A stretch of 64,000 bases of DNA, from positions 64,001 through 128,000 of the forward strand of contig OZ219815.1 of the NCBI GenBank assembly GCA_964291235.2. Reading direction: 5' to 3'. Below, in pieces: positions 49,479-59,370 of this stretch. This DNA comes from Vicinamibacteria bacterium (lineage in GTDB: Bacteria; Acidobacteriota; Vicinamibacteria; Marinacidobacterales; Marinacidobacteraceae). Every line of letters starts with the position of its first letter. Within the stretch, counting starts at the first letter, position 1. A program made the translations under genes and the position numbers. Below the pieces are notes generated by a model. That model was given only the letters and a program-made list of their open reading frames with translations, was not told where the DNA came from and did not search any database.

Positions 49479-51074
49479 CTATGGACCCGGGACGGGCCGC
49501 AGACCCCGGCCGGCGAGCGCTCCGGTGTGTTCCCCGGCGCGGATGGCGAACTCCCCGTTCACCAGGACGTGCACGGTTCCCTCGGAGTACTGGTGCGGCT
49601 CGTCGTAGGTCGCCCGGTCGCGAATCCGCTCTGGATCGAGGATCGCGATGTCCGCCTTCATCTCCTCCCGCAGGAAGCCGCGGTCGGGAAGTTCGAGGAA
49701 CTCGGCGGCCAGGCCGGTCATGCTCCGGATGGCGAAGGCCATCGAGATCCGTTCTCCATCGAGGACGTAGTCCCGGAGCTTCTTGGTGAACGCGCCGTAC
49801 ACCCGGGGATGGCCGACCGGAATATCCGGCTCGATGTCGCGGCCGTCGGTGCAGGTCATCATCCAGTCCTGTTCGGCGAGGTAGCCGGTGTTGACCGGGT
49901 CGTAGAGGCCGACGTTCATGACCGAAGCGTTGCCCTCGGCGAGGATCCGGCGCGCCGCTTCCGGAGCCGGTACGCCCCACTCCTCGGCGAGCTCCGCGAG
50001 GGTTCGCCCGTTCAGGTGCGGCCGCGAATCGGAGAAGCGAATCTTGTCGGCGCCCCCCCGGATCGCCAGCATCTCGGCGGTCGCCTCGTCGAGGACGCGG
50101 GCGGTGTCGGGATCGTCGAAGCGGTCGAGCATGGCGTCCCGGCCCCCGGCCGAGGCCCAGCGGGGAACGGTGTAAGCGCGGAGACTCGACTGGGTCGCGG
50201 TATAGACATGCTGCGCGCCGAACACCGGCACGCCTCGCTCGCGGGCGGCTTCGATCAGGGCGGCCCCTTCCGGCGCCCGGCCGTAGTTTCGGGCGCCCTG
50301 GGCGTTGAAGTGGCTGAAGATGACCTTGGTCCCGGACTCCTCACCGATGCGGATGGCTTCCTCGATGGAGGCGAGGTAGCCGAAGCTCGGATAGGCGGCG
50401 CCGAGGTCGCGGTCGTGGGTGTCGTAGATCGCCGGGGAGTATTCCGCCGCCACCCGCGCCAGCTCGATGACTTCCTCGGTGGTCGCGTAGTTCCCGGGAA
50501 TGTAGAAGAGACCGCTGGAAAGACCGAAGGCGCCCTCGTCGAGGCCCTGACGCACCAGGTCGCGCATTCGACCCAGTTCTTCGTCCGTAGGGGCCCGGTT
50601 TTCCTCGCCGAGCACCCGGCGCCGCACTGCCCCGTGACCTACATAGGTCAGACCGTTGACGCCGATGCCGCTCGCTTCCCAGCCGGCGAGGGTCTCGCCG
50701 ACATCGGGGGAACCGCCGCCATCCGCTCCCACCACCACGGTGGTGATCCCCTGGTAGAGGAACGGCAGCGCCTCCTTCGCCCACTCCTGCCCGATCTGGG
50801 AGTGGGAGTGCATGTCGATGAATCCGGGCGTCACGATCAGGCCGGCGGCGTCCACGGTCTCGCTGGCGGTCACTCCCTCGGCGCCGGCGTCGCCGACGAA
50901 GGTGATCCGGTCGCCGGTGATCGCGACGTCCGCGGCGAAGGGCTCACCGCCGCTTCCGTCATGGACCAGGCCGCCGCGGATCAGCAGATCGTGCGGAGCG
51001 TCGCCGCAGGCGCCGGCGAGCAGCGCCGCGAGCAGCACGGGCGAAAGGACGAGAAAGCGGTTCCGGAAGGGCAT
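49479..51074 (-). CDS. N-acyl-D-amino acid deacylase (D-aminoacylase) family lipoprotein
   Basis: LAGAC; PGFIDMHSH, QGITT, GAFGLSSGLFYIPG, HPRVYG, DRATY. Confidence 0.92.
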   Translation of the reverse strand: MPFRNRFLVLSPVLLAALLAGACGDAPHDLLIRGGLVHDGSGGEPFAADVAITGDRITFVGDAGAEGVTASETVDAAGLIVTPGFIDMHSHSQIGQEWAKEALPFLYQGITTVVVGADGGGSPDVGETLAGWEASGIGVNGLTYVGHGAVRRRVLGEENRAPTDEELGRMRDLVRQGLDEGAFGLSSGLFYIPGNYATTEEVIELARVAAEYSPAIYDTHDRDLGAAYPSFGYLASIEEAIRIGEESGTKVIFSHFNAQGARNYGRAPEGAALIEAARERGVPVFGAQHVYTATQSSLRAYTVPRWASAGGRDAMLDRFDDPDTARVLDEATAEMLAIRGGADKIRFSDSRPHLNGRTLAELAEEWGVPAPEAARRILAEGNASVMNVGLYDPVNTGYLAEQDWMMTCTDGRDIEPDIPVGHPRVYGAFTKKLRDYVLDGERISMAFAIRSMTGLAAEFLELPDRGFLREEMKADIAILDPERIRDRATYDEPHQYSEGTVHVLVNGEFAIRAGEHTGALAGRGLRPVPGP

Positions 51075-51188
51075 CGGCGTGAACAGCCTGTAGCAAAACC
51101 CCCGCGGCGTTCAAGCGGCGAGAACCGGATATCCCCGGATGGGACAATACCGGCCGCGCCGGACGGCGCCCGAACCGGAGGAACCCGC

Positions 51189-52403
51189 ATGAGGATAAGG
51201 CTCGCCGCCGCGCTGATCGCGCTCTTGCCGGCTGCCGCCGCCGCCCAGGACTGGCCACAGTGGCGGGGCGCGGCCCGGGACGGCGTGGCTTCCGGATTCG
51301 AAACGCCCGCCGCCTGGCCGGAGGCGCTGACCGCGGTATGGACCGTGGACGTCGGCACCGGCTACGCCACTCCGATCCTGGTGGACGGCAACCTGTGGCT
51401 GTTCGCTCGTTGGGGCCAGGAAGAGGTCCTGTATTCGATCGACCCGGAGACGGGAGAGACCCGCTGGCGTTCGGGGTACCCCGCGCCCTTCGAGATGAGC
51501 TCCGCCACCCGGCGGCACGGACCCGGCCCGAAGTCCACCCCCGCCTACGCGGACGGGCGGCTCTTCGTTCACGGGATGACCGGTTCGGTCACCGCCTTCG
51601 ACGCCACGGACGGCGAGCAGCTCTGGCACGTCCCCGGGACCGGGGTGGAGCCGCTCTACCACACCGGCACCTCGCCGCTCGCCCACGACGGGCTCGTCAT
51701 CGTCCACGTCGGAGGGCACGATGACGGAGCGCTCACCGCATTCGATGCCACTTCCGGGGAGGTCCGCTGGTCCTGGGACGGCGACGGCCCCGCCTACGGC
51801 TCCGCCATGCTGTTCGAGTTCGACGGCGTGGAGCAGGTGGTGACGTTCACGCAGGAACATTTCGTGGGGGTCTCCTTCGCCGACGGGACCCTGCTGTGGA
51901 GCCGGCCCTTCACCACCCGTTCGACCACGACCTCGCAGACGCCGGTGCTCTTCCGGGACCTGGTGATCCAAAACGGCCGCGGCAACGGGGTGACGGCGTT
52001 CCGGGTTTCCCGCGGCGGCAGCGGCTGGACGACCGAAGACGTCTGGAGCACGGCCGAGTACTCGCTCCACATGGCGAACCCGGTGGTCCGGGACGGCGTG
52101 ATGTTCGGGCTGTCGCACCTGAACAGCGGCCAGTACTTCGCTCTGGACCTCGACTCCGGAGAGGCGCTCTGGGAGAGCGCGCCGCGCCAGGCCGAAAATA
52201 CGGCCCTGGTGGGCGCCGGGGAGGTCGTGTTCTCGCTCGAGGACGATGCCGAGCTGGTGATCTTCGAGGCGAGCCGCGCGGGCCTCACCGAGATGCGGCG
52301 CTACGAGGTGGCGGACAGCGAGACCTGGGCGCAACCGGCGGTGTCCGGGGACCGCATCTACGTGAAGGACGTGTCCCGGCTGTACCGCTGGGACATCCGC
52401 TGA
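51189..52403 (+). CDS. PQQ-binding-like beta-propeller protein
   Basis: Signal peptide, DWPQWRG, GPKSTP, repeated D-x-x-x-G-x-x-x-W blades; GGAGG RBS. Confidence 0.9.
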   Translation: MRIRLAAALIALLPAAAAAQDWPQWRGAARDGVASGFETPAAWPEALTAVWTVDVGTGYATPILVDGNLWLFARWGQEEVLYSIDPETGETRWRSGYPAPFEMSSATRRHGPGPKSTPAYADGRLFVHGMTGSVTAFDATDGEQLWHVPGTGVEPLYHTGTSPLAHDGLVIVHVGGHDDGALTAFDATSGEVRWSWDGDGPAYGSAMLFEFDGVEQVVTFTQEHFVGVSFADGTLLWSRPFTTRSTTTSQTPVLFRDLVIQNGRGNGVTAFRVSRGGSGWTTEDVWSTAEYSLHMANPVVRDGVMFGLSHLNSGQYFALDLDSGEALWESAPRQAENTALVGAGEVVFSLEDDAELVIFEASRAGLTEMRRYEVADSETWAQPAVSGDRIYVKDVSRLYRWDIR

Positions 52404-52458
52404 GGAGCGCGGTCCCAGCGCGACGGGTGTTTCCCGTGCCCGCGTGCCGCGATGCCGG

Positions 52459-53877
52459 TCAGAGGCCGGCCTGACGACGCGAGGCTTGCAGTTCCTTCTC
52501 GCGGCGGCGGGGCACTCCACCGAGGGCCGCCCGGGCGCGGCGCAGCCGCATGCGGGTCATCGCGCTCCCGAGGAGCACCATCGAACCGAACAGCGGAGTC
52601 GAAGACGCCGAACCGCTGATCGCCACGTAGAGCGGGCGGGTGAACTTCCTCAGCTTCACCCCGAGGGACTCCGATAGCGCCCGGAGCGCCTGGTGAACCG
52701 CATCCGCGGTGAACTCCGGGAGATCCTCCAACGCCCACTCGGAGAGCAGGAGCCACTCGGCGACTTCGGACTGCTCCTGGCCCCCGGCAAGAATCTCGGG
52801 CTCGGAGGGTGTCTCGTCGGTGAAGAAGAGCGACGCCAGCGGCCCGAAGTCTCCCAGGGTCCGCATCCGGGGCTGCGCCAGCCCGGCAACGGCCTCCAGG
52901 GTTTCGTCGTCGAAACGCCACTTCCGGAGAAGTCCGGCCAGCTCGGCCGGGCCGTAGTCCTCCCGCAGATAGCGGCCGTTCAGCCACGCCAGTTTTTCGG
53001 TGTCGAAGACGGCGCCCGCCAGCGACAGGGAGTCGAGTTCGAAGTGTTCGACGAACGCGTCCAGCGGGAACTTCTCCTCGCCCTCGGAACGAGTCCAGGC
53101 CAGCATCCCGAGGAAGTTGAGGAGCGCCTCCGGCAGGAAGCCCGCCTCCCGGTAGAAGTCGATCGAGGTGGGACTCTTCCGCTTACTGAGCTTGCTCCGG
53201 TTCCGATCGTTGTTCCTGAGGAGTGGCACGTGCCAGAAGGACGGCGGCTGCCAGCCGAGCGTCTCGTAGAGCAGGAGGTGCTTCGGCAGCGAAGCGATCC
53301 ATTCCTCGCCGCGGATGACGTCCGAGATTTCCATCAGGTGGTCGTCCACCACGTTGGCGAGGTGATAGGTGGGGAACCCGTCGGACTTGAGCAGCACCGG
53401 ATCGTCCACAGATTCCCAGTCCTTGGTCAGCCCCTGGCGGAGTCGGTCCGGAAGCGCAATGCGCCCGGATTCCGGGGTGCGGAGCCGGATGGCGTAGGCG
53501 CCCCCGGCATCTTCGCCGTAGTCCCGATACGCCTTCCCCTCGCCCAGGAGCCGCTCGGCCACCTTCCGGCAGGCCTCGGTCCGCTCGCTCTGCCGATAGG
53601 GGGCGAAGGGTCCTCCCACGTCGGGGCCTTCGTCCCAGGCGAGGCCGAGCCAGCGCAGGGAGCGGAGGATCGCCACCTCGGAGGCCCTGGTCGAGCGCGC
53701 CTGATCGGTGTCCTCGATCCGGAGTACGAAAGCGCCTCCGTGTTTTTTGGCGTAGGCGTAGTTGAGCAGCGCCTGGTACGCCGTCCCGACGTGCGGATCG
53801 CCGGTCGGTGAGGGCGCGATCCTGGTGCGGACCGTGGATGCGCTCAGACCGTCGCGTGTCGGTGAAAGGCGATCCAT
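52459..53877 (-). CDS. gltX: Glutamate--tRNA ligase
   Basis: RTRIAPSPTG, HVGT, LRIEDTD, PTYHLANVVDDH, RGEEW, KLSKR; start may be slightly downstream. Confidence 0.95.
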   Translation of the reverse strand: MDRLSPTRDGLSASTVRTRIAPSPTGDPHVGTAYQALLNYAYAKKHGGAFVLRIEDTDQARSTRASEVAILRSLRWLGLAWDEGPDVGGPFAPYRQSERTEACRKVAERLLGEGKAYRDYGEDAGGAYAIRLRTPESGRIALPDRLRQGLTKDWESVDDPVLLKSDGFPTYHLANVVDDHLMEISDVIRGEEWIASLPKHLLLYETLGWQPPSFWHVPLLRNNDRNRSKLSKRKSPTSIDFYREAGFLPEALLNFLGMLAWTRSEGEEKFPLDAFVEHFELDSLSLAGAVFDTEKLAWLNGRYLREDYGPAELAGLLRKWRFDDETLEAVAGLAQPRMRTLGDFGPLASLFFTDETPSEPEILAGGQEQSEVAEWLLLSEWALEDLPEFTADAVHQALRALSESLGVKLRKFTRPLYVAISGSASSTPLFGSMVLLGSAMTRMRLRRARAALGGVPRRREKELQASRRQAGL

Positions 53878-55700
53878 TCGGCCACGATCAGAAGGAGAGC
53901 GAACAGGGCAAGTATCGGCCAGATCGCGCTCACTGCGCTCGCCGCCGGAGCCAGCGTCGCGGGCGCGTCCCCGGCCCAGGCCGACTGGTTCAGACTGGAA
54001 GCCCGCCGGTCGAGAAGGCTCGCCGCCACCACGACCTCCCGCCCGCCTCCCGCGGCGTAGTAGAGCGACGGGTCACTGGCGTCAAAGGAAATCTCCGAAC
54101 CCAGGCGGCGCGACGGGACTTCCCGGCCCTCGGCATCGAAGATGGCCCCGGCCGCCAGCGCCACCCGCGCCTGGCCCAATCCGACCCGGCGGACTTCCAC
54201 ATCGGTCAACCAGCTCAGTGCCCGGGAGAGCAACAGCGGGAAGTCGGCCTGAAGCGGCAGGTTCGACCGGGCGATCGGGAAGGCGAACGCGAGGCCGCGC
54301 AGCGGGCTCTCCCGGGCCGCCAGCAGACCGAGCCGCGCATCGCCGAGCAGGAGCTCCCAGGAGCGCTGATCGGCGAACGAGGCCGCGTCGAATGCCTCGA
54401 CGTCCCTCGCCAGCGCATCCTCGAAGTTGAGGTCGCGGAGCAGCGGATGTTCCGCCTGCCCGCGCACGACGGGGAGCATCACGGTCGTCGATTCCTCTCC
54501 CCCGAGACTGGCTGCGTCGCTCCCGAGCCGGGGGGGAAGCCACCCGGCGGTCCCGGAGCCGGCGAACAGCACCGGGACCGGGAGCATCGCGTCCGGCGGC
54601 GCTCCCTCGACGACCACCAGATCCACCGACGCGGAATCGAGATCGGCGAGCGCCTCCGAACCCGGCGGCGCCATGGACAGGCTCACCCGGGGATCGAGGC
54701 GCAGCGCGGCCTCCCAGAACGGGTTCGGCCCGCCGACGAGCAGCACGCGCAGCCGGTTCCGCGCCGGAATGTAGGCGTGCGCCACGTCATCCGCGGACAA
54801 CGCGTCTTCTCCCCCGATCCCGATTACGGCGCGTACCGGCCCCGCGACAAACCCGGTCAGCGGGACCGTTTCGCCGAGCGGGGTCCCGGCATCCACCTGG
54901 AGGGTGCGCCGGGCGGAAGCGCCTCCCGCACCGTCGATCTGAAGCACGACCACCCCCTCGCCGTCCGCTTCGGCAGGATGGCGAACGACCTCGATGAACG
55001 CTTCGAAACGGCCGGGGTCGGAGGGCAGCGGACGCACGTCAAAGGCGGTGATCCCGGCGTTCGACGCCGGCTCGAAGACGGAGAGACGCTCGACTCCGTC
55101 CGGCGCCTCCCGCACGTACACCCCGTCTCCCACGAAGATGACATCAGCACCCGGACCCGTTCCGGAAGCGGGGTCGAGCAGGTCGGCGACGTCCGGGAAA
55201 CCATGTTCCCGGCCATGCACCGGGCCGAGATCCTCAAGCGCCTCGAGCGCTTCGCGCCGGCCGATGAAGGAACGCCCGCCACGATCTCCAGCGGTGTCGA
55301 GCAGCAGGAATTCGCTCGTTTCACTGCCGCCGGCGAAGATGCGGCGTGCCTGCTCGGACCCCCGCTCCCAACGGGTGCTTCCCCCGGGAAGCGCGGCCGC
55401 CATGCTCGGTGAGGTGTCCATCACGACGACCACCCGTCCGTCCCGGGCGGCGCTGTCCGGGATCGGTTCGGACACCGCCAGGATTACGGCGAGGGCGGCC
55501 AGCAAGGCAATCACGAGCGAGATGAGCCAGCGCCAGAAGTCCTCGCGGCGCCGGCGTTCGTCGAGGACCCGCCGCCAGATGAGATTCGAGGGAACCACCA
55601 CCGGCTGAGGCTCCGGCCGGACCCAGTAGAGGACGACGACGATGGCCGCGGTCAGCAGGACGCCGAGCGCGATCAACAGCGGGGCGGCGGCGAAGCCCAT
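53844..55700 (-). CDS. BatA/vWA-domain membrane protein
   Basis: N-terminal TM hairpin with VPSNLIW, MIDAS DTSPSM, VGDG, C-terminal TM ending AEW. Confidence 0.88.
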   Translation of the reverse strand: MGFAAAPLLIALGVLLTAAIVVVLYWVRPEPQPVVVPSNLIWRRVLDERRRREDFWRWLISLVIALLAALAVILAVSEPIPDSAARDGRVVVVMDTSPSMAAALPGGSTRWERGSEQARRIFAGGSETSEFLLLDTAGDRGGRSFIGRREALEALEDLGPVHGREHGFPDVADLLDPASGTGPGADVIFVGDGVYVREAPDGVERLSVFEPASNAGITAFDVRPLPSDPGRFEAFIEVVRHPAEADGEGVVVLQIDGAGGASARRTLQVDAGTPLGETVPLTGFVAGPVRAVIGIGGEDALSADDVAHAYIPARNRLRVLLVGGPNPFWEAALRLDPRVSLSMAPPGSEALADLDSASVDLVVVEGAPPDAMLPVPVLFAGSGTAGWLPPRLGSDAASLGGEESTTVMLPVVRGQAEHPLLRDLNFEDALARDVEAFDAASFADQRSWELLLGDARLGLLAARESPLRGLAFAFPIARSNLPLQADFPLLLSRALSWLTDVEVRRVGLGQARVALAAGAIFDAEGREVPSRRLGSEISFDASDPSLYYAAGGGREVVVAASLLDRRASSLNQSAWAGDAPATLAPAASAVSAIWPILALFALLLIVAEWIAFHRHATV

Positions 55701-55715
55701 GATTCCGCGGAACGG

Positions 55716-56603
55716 TTACCGGATGAACCGATCCGACTTGAAGATCGCCATGATGGCGTCCTCGAAGGGCTCCCCGGTGTTCGCGACACAAAACCCGAAC
55801 CCGTAGCGGGAGCAGTACTCCTCGACCTTTTCCTGGTGCTCGGTGAGGGCCTTCTGGTAGCGGTCCAGCAGCCTGGGGGTCACTCGAATGCGGCGCTCGG
55901 AACCGTCCTCGCTATCGGTCAGCAAGGCCTCGTCGGGAAGCGATGGCTGGAGCTCGTCCGGAGTCAGCAGTTGCACGACGAACATGTCGTGCTTCTGAAA
56001 GCGGCAGGCATCGAAGGCTTCCAGCAGGTCCTCTTCGTCCATGAGGTCGGAGAGGATCACGGCGAGACCGCGCTTCCGGCGCGAACCGAAAAACGTCCGG
56101 AAACAGGCGGAGAGCGACGTGGCGCCTCCCGTCACGCCCGCGTCGAGAAACCGGAAGGCGCGGAAGATCTGGTTCCGGCCCCGCTTCGGCGCCATCCATC
56201 CCTCGATCTTTGGTCCGTACCAGACGATCGAGATGAGGTCGTGGTTCATCAGGCCGATGTAGGAGAGCGCCCCGGCCATCTTGCGGGCGTAGTCGAACTT
56301 CGGGGGGCTGCCGAACGACATGGAGGTGCTGCGGTCCACGAACAGGTAGATGGGCAGGTCCGCCTCTTCGTCGAAGATGCGGAGCACCAGTTTGTCGAGA
56401 CGGAGAAACGCCTTCCAGTCCACGTCGCGGGTGTCGTCGCCGTCCACGTAGGGCCGGTAGTCGGCGAGCTCGATGCCCGACCCCCGCTTTCTGGCCCGGT
56501 GCTCGCCGCGATGCCGGCTCGGCAGCATCCGGGTGGCCATGAGCTTCAGGTACTCCAGCCGCTCCATGAAATCGGCGTCGAAAAGGGTGCCCGACTGGCT
56601 CAT
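55716..56603 (-). CDS. DUF58 protein
   Basis: GIELADYRPYVDGDD, DWKA, DRSTSM, LSD. Confidence 0.92.
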   Translation of the reverse strand: MSQSGTLFDADFMERLEYLKLMATRMLPSRHRGEHRARKRGSGIELADYRPYVDGDDTRDVDWKAFLRLDKLVLRIFDEEADLPIYLFVDRSTSMSFGSPPKFDYARKMAGALSYIGLMNHDLISIVWYGPKIEGWMAPKRGRNQIFRAFRFLDAGVTGGATSLSACFRTFFGSRRKRGLAVILSDLMDEEDLLEAFDACRFQKHDMFVVQLLTPDELQPSLPDEALLTDSEDGSERRIRVTPRLLDRYQKALTEHQEKVEEYCSRYGFGFCVANTGEPFEDAIMAIFKSDRFIR

Positions 56604-56699
56604 GACCTCACCTGGCGAAGTCCCGGGCCCGGCCGAGCCGCACAGAGGTACGCCCCACAGGCGTAGCGTGTGCGGAACGGCATCACCCGGGGGCGGATG

Positions 56700-57722
56700 T
56701 CAGGCGCCCGGCGGCGCGATCGAGGCGAGGATTTCCCCAAGGATGTCGTCGGTGTCCACCTTGTCGGCTTCTCCCTCGAAGTTCAGCAACAGCCGATGGC
56801 GCAGCGTGGGAAGAACGCTCGCCCGGATGTCCTCCGCGGAGACGTGGACGCGGCCGGCGAGGAGCGCCCGGAACTTCCCGGAGAGGACGAGCGCCTGGGT
56901 GCCACGCGGGCTGGCCCCGAACTTCACGTAGCGGTTGGTGAGCGCGTGGGCGAACTTCGATCCGGGGTGCGTGCCCATGGTCAGCCGGATGGCGTAATCC
57001 TCGATGGGGCGGGCAACGGGAACCGACAGCACGGTGTCCCGCATCTCCAGAACCTCTTCCCGGGTCACAATCGGCTCCGCCTTCGGTTCCGAGACCGAGG
57101 TGGTGCGTTCGACGATTTCGCGGAGTTCCTCGTGGGAGGGATACCCGATCCGGAGCTTCATCAGGAAGCGGTCCATCTGGGCTTCGGGGAGCGGGTAGGT
57201 GCCCTCGAGCTCGATGGGGTTCTGGGTCGCCATCACGAAGAACGGTTCTTCGAGCTTGAACGTGGTGTTTCCGACGGAAACGCTCTTCTCCTGCATCGCC
57301 TCGAGAAGCGCGGACTGGGACTTGGGGGTAGCCCGGTTCACCTCGTCCGCCAGCATGAGGTTGCAGAAGATGGGCCCCGGCTGGAAGTCCAGGATCTTGG
57401 CGCCCGTTTCGGTCTCCCGGACCACGTTGGTGCCCACGATGTCGCCGGGCATCAGGTCCGGCGTGAACTGGACGCGATTGAACTTGAGGTGCATCGCCTC
57501 GGAGAGCGTCTGCACGATCTTCGTCTTCCCCAGCCCGGGAATGCCCTCGAGCAGCACGTGGCCCCGGGTGAGCAGGCAGGTGATGATCCCGCTGATTACC
57601 TCCCGATTGCCGACGATGACGCGGCCGACCTCGGCCTGGATACGGTCATGGCGATCACGGAAAGTATCGACCCGGCTCTCGATGTCGAGAGCCGGGTCGG
57701 CGAGTGCGGTTTCCGGGGTCAT
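56700..57722 (-). CDS. moxR: MoxR family AAA+ ATPase
   Basis: EGIPGLGKT, QFTPDLMP, ADEVNRA, ATQNPIE, GASPRG. Confidence 0.95.
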   Translation of the reverse strand: MTPETALADPALDIESRVDTFRDRHDRIQAEVGRVIVGNREVISGIITCLLTRGHVLLEGIPGLGKTKIVQTLSEAMHLKFNRVQFTPDLMPGDIVGTNVVRETETGAKILDFQPGPIFCNLMLADEVNRATPKSQSALLEAMQEKSVSVGNTTFKLEEPFFVMATQNPIELEGTYPLPEAQMDRFLMKLRIGYPSHEELREIVERTTSVSEPKAEPIVTREEVLEMRDTVLSVPVARPIEDYAIRLTMGTHPGSKFAHALTNRYVKFGASPRGTQALVLSGKFRALLAGRVHVSAEDIRASVLPTLRHRLLLNFEGEADKVDTDDILGEILASIAPPGA

Positions 57723-59278
57723 TCTTCGTTCGCTCCTTCGGCGTCGGTCTTGGCCGTCTCGCGGATCATGAGGAAGTAGGCGCGGACCAGCGGCCTGAGT
57801 CCCGTGGGGATGGGACGGGTGCGGGTAACTGTCTCGTCGGCGTACTCGGAAAGGGAATTGACGGAGTCGTAGGCGACCGTCGCGTCCTCGCGGCGGCTCT
57901 GGCGCTCGATCATCTGCTCGGGCACCGGCTCCTCCGCGAGGGGAGCCGGAATCGCCTCCATCTCGAGCTGTACCTCGAGGCTGGTGGCAGCCCCGAACAC
58001 CTCGGACTCGCCGCCCCCGCCGGGCCCGGTCATGTTCCCGGCCGGACCGGCGTCCATCGGAATGGGCGCCCCCATCTGGCCCTCGGCGGCCATCATCTGC
58101 ACCTGTCCGGAGAGTCCGGCCGCTCCCTGGGGCATGCCGGCGGCGGGTTCGCCGCCCTCACCGGCCTGCGGCTGTCCACCCTCACCCTCGCCGGGGAACG
58201 GCATCTGCTGCGCCTCTCCCTGGCCCTGGCCATTCATTGCCTGACCGTCCATCGACTGCATGTTCTCGGCAAGCTGCTCGAGCGCCTCGTCAGCACTCAA
58301 CCCGCCCTCCATCAGTTCCATCATTTCCGCCGCGGCGGCGCTCAGCGCGTCCCCTTCGGCGCCCTGTTCGAGGGATTCGAGAAGCGCCTGGAGTTCTTCC
58401 GGCGTGCTCGCCGAGCGCATCGCCTCGGAGAGGCTGTCGAGCCATTCCGAAGCGGTCAGCGAATCCGAATCCATGGCTTCCGCCAGTCCGGCCAGCGCCG
58501 CGGAAACCTCCTCGCTGGACTCCTGGAGCGCCCGCTCCTCCATGGCCGCGGTCAGCGCCGCCTGGAGGGCGTCGATGTCCTCGCCGGACTCCTCGGGCAG
58601 CCGCAATTCGCCGGCCCGCAGTTCCGCGAGGATCTCCTCGGGGGATCGGGCCTCCACCCGAGCGTCCTCCGCATCCTCGAACGCGTCCGGCCCCGCCAGC
58701 GGATCGCCTCCCTCGGGATCACCCCCCAGACTGCCCGCGAGCCCGGCGATCCGCGCGCGCAGCGCATCGGAAACCAGGGGTCCCTCCGTCAGGGGCAGGA
58801 TCACCGCCAGGACGGCCAGAGCGGCCGTGGCCACCACGCTGGAGCGGGGAACCTGGAAGGGGAGCAGTCGCCCCGCGTCCAACTCGTCAGCCCGCCGCCG
58901 GGCGCGGCCGATCTGATGAACCTCCCAGGGAGTCGGGGACGGCGACGCGGAAAACCACTGCGCCGAGGAGAGCTCATCTTTCAGTTCCCCCGCGCGATCT
59001 CCCGCGGCGGCGGCCCGGTCGAGCGCGGCGCCGGCCCGCAATCCGGAAAGGCCCCGGTAGGACAGGACGGCGACTCCCGCCACCGCCACCAGCACCGGTA
59101 GCCAGGTGATTCCGTCGCCCACCAGCCGGGGAAGGAGCAGCGCGAGAGCCACGGCCCCCGCCGCGAAGGCGAAATCGCGTACCAGTCCCAGGATGCGCAG
59201 CCGGATGTCCAACTGCCGGACAAGATCGTGGAAGGGAAGCTTCACGGAGTCGTTCAGGGAGTCATGCAAGGGGTTCAC
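57719..59278 (-). CDS. MoxR-associated membrane/coiled-coil protein
   Basis: Three TM segments, acidic helical region, Gly/Gln-rich linker, IPxGLRPLVRAYF C-terminal motif. Confidence 0.8.
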   Translation of the reverse strand: MNPLHDSLNDSVKLPFHDLVRQLDIRLRILGLVRDFAFAAGAVALALLLPRLVGDGITWLPVLVAVAGVAVLSYRGLSGLRAGAALDRAAAAGDRAGELKDELSSAQWFSASPSPTPWEVHQIGRARRRADELDAGRLLPFQVPRSSVVATAALAVLAVILPLTEGPLVSDALRARIAGLAGSLGGDPEGGDPLAGPDAFEDAEDARVEARSPEEILAELRAGELRLPEESGEDIDALQAALTAAMEERALQESSEEVSAALAGLAEAMDSDSLTASEWLDSLSEAMRSASTPEELQALLESLEQGAEGDALSAAAAEMMELMEGGLSADEALEQLAENMQSMDGQAMNGQGQGEAQQMPFPGEGEGGQPQAGEGGEPAAGMPQGAAGLSGQVQMMAAEGQMGAPIPMDAGPAGNMTGPGGGGESEVFGAATSLEVQLEMEAIPAPLAEEPVPEQMIERQSRREDATVAYDSVNSLSEYADETVTRTRPIPTGLRPLVRAYFLMIRETAKTDAEGANEE

Positions 59279-59370
59279 CCCATCCGCCGCGGTCGCGAGC
59301 GGCAGAATTTGCGGAGTTTATTCGCTCGCGATTCTCTCCCGCCACTCCGAGCCGGGAAACACCCGGCGAG

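Noticed and set aside
56618-56692. Imperfect long hairpin between moxR and DUF58
   Set aside because: Single copy in the window, no U-tract and no covariation evidence; could be an mRNA stability element or chance.
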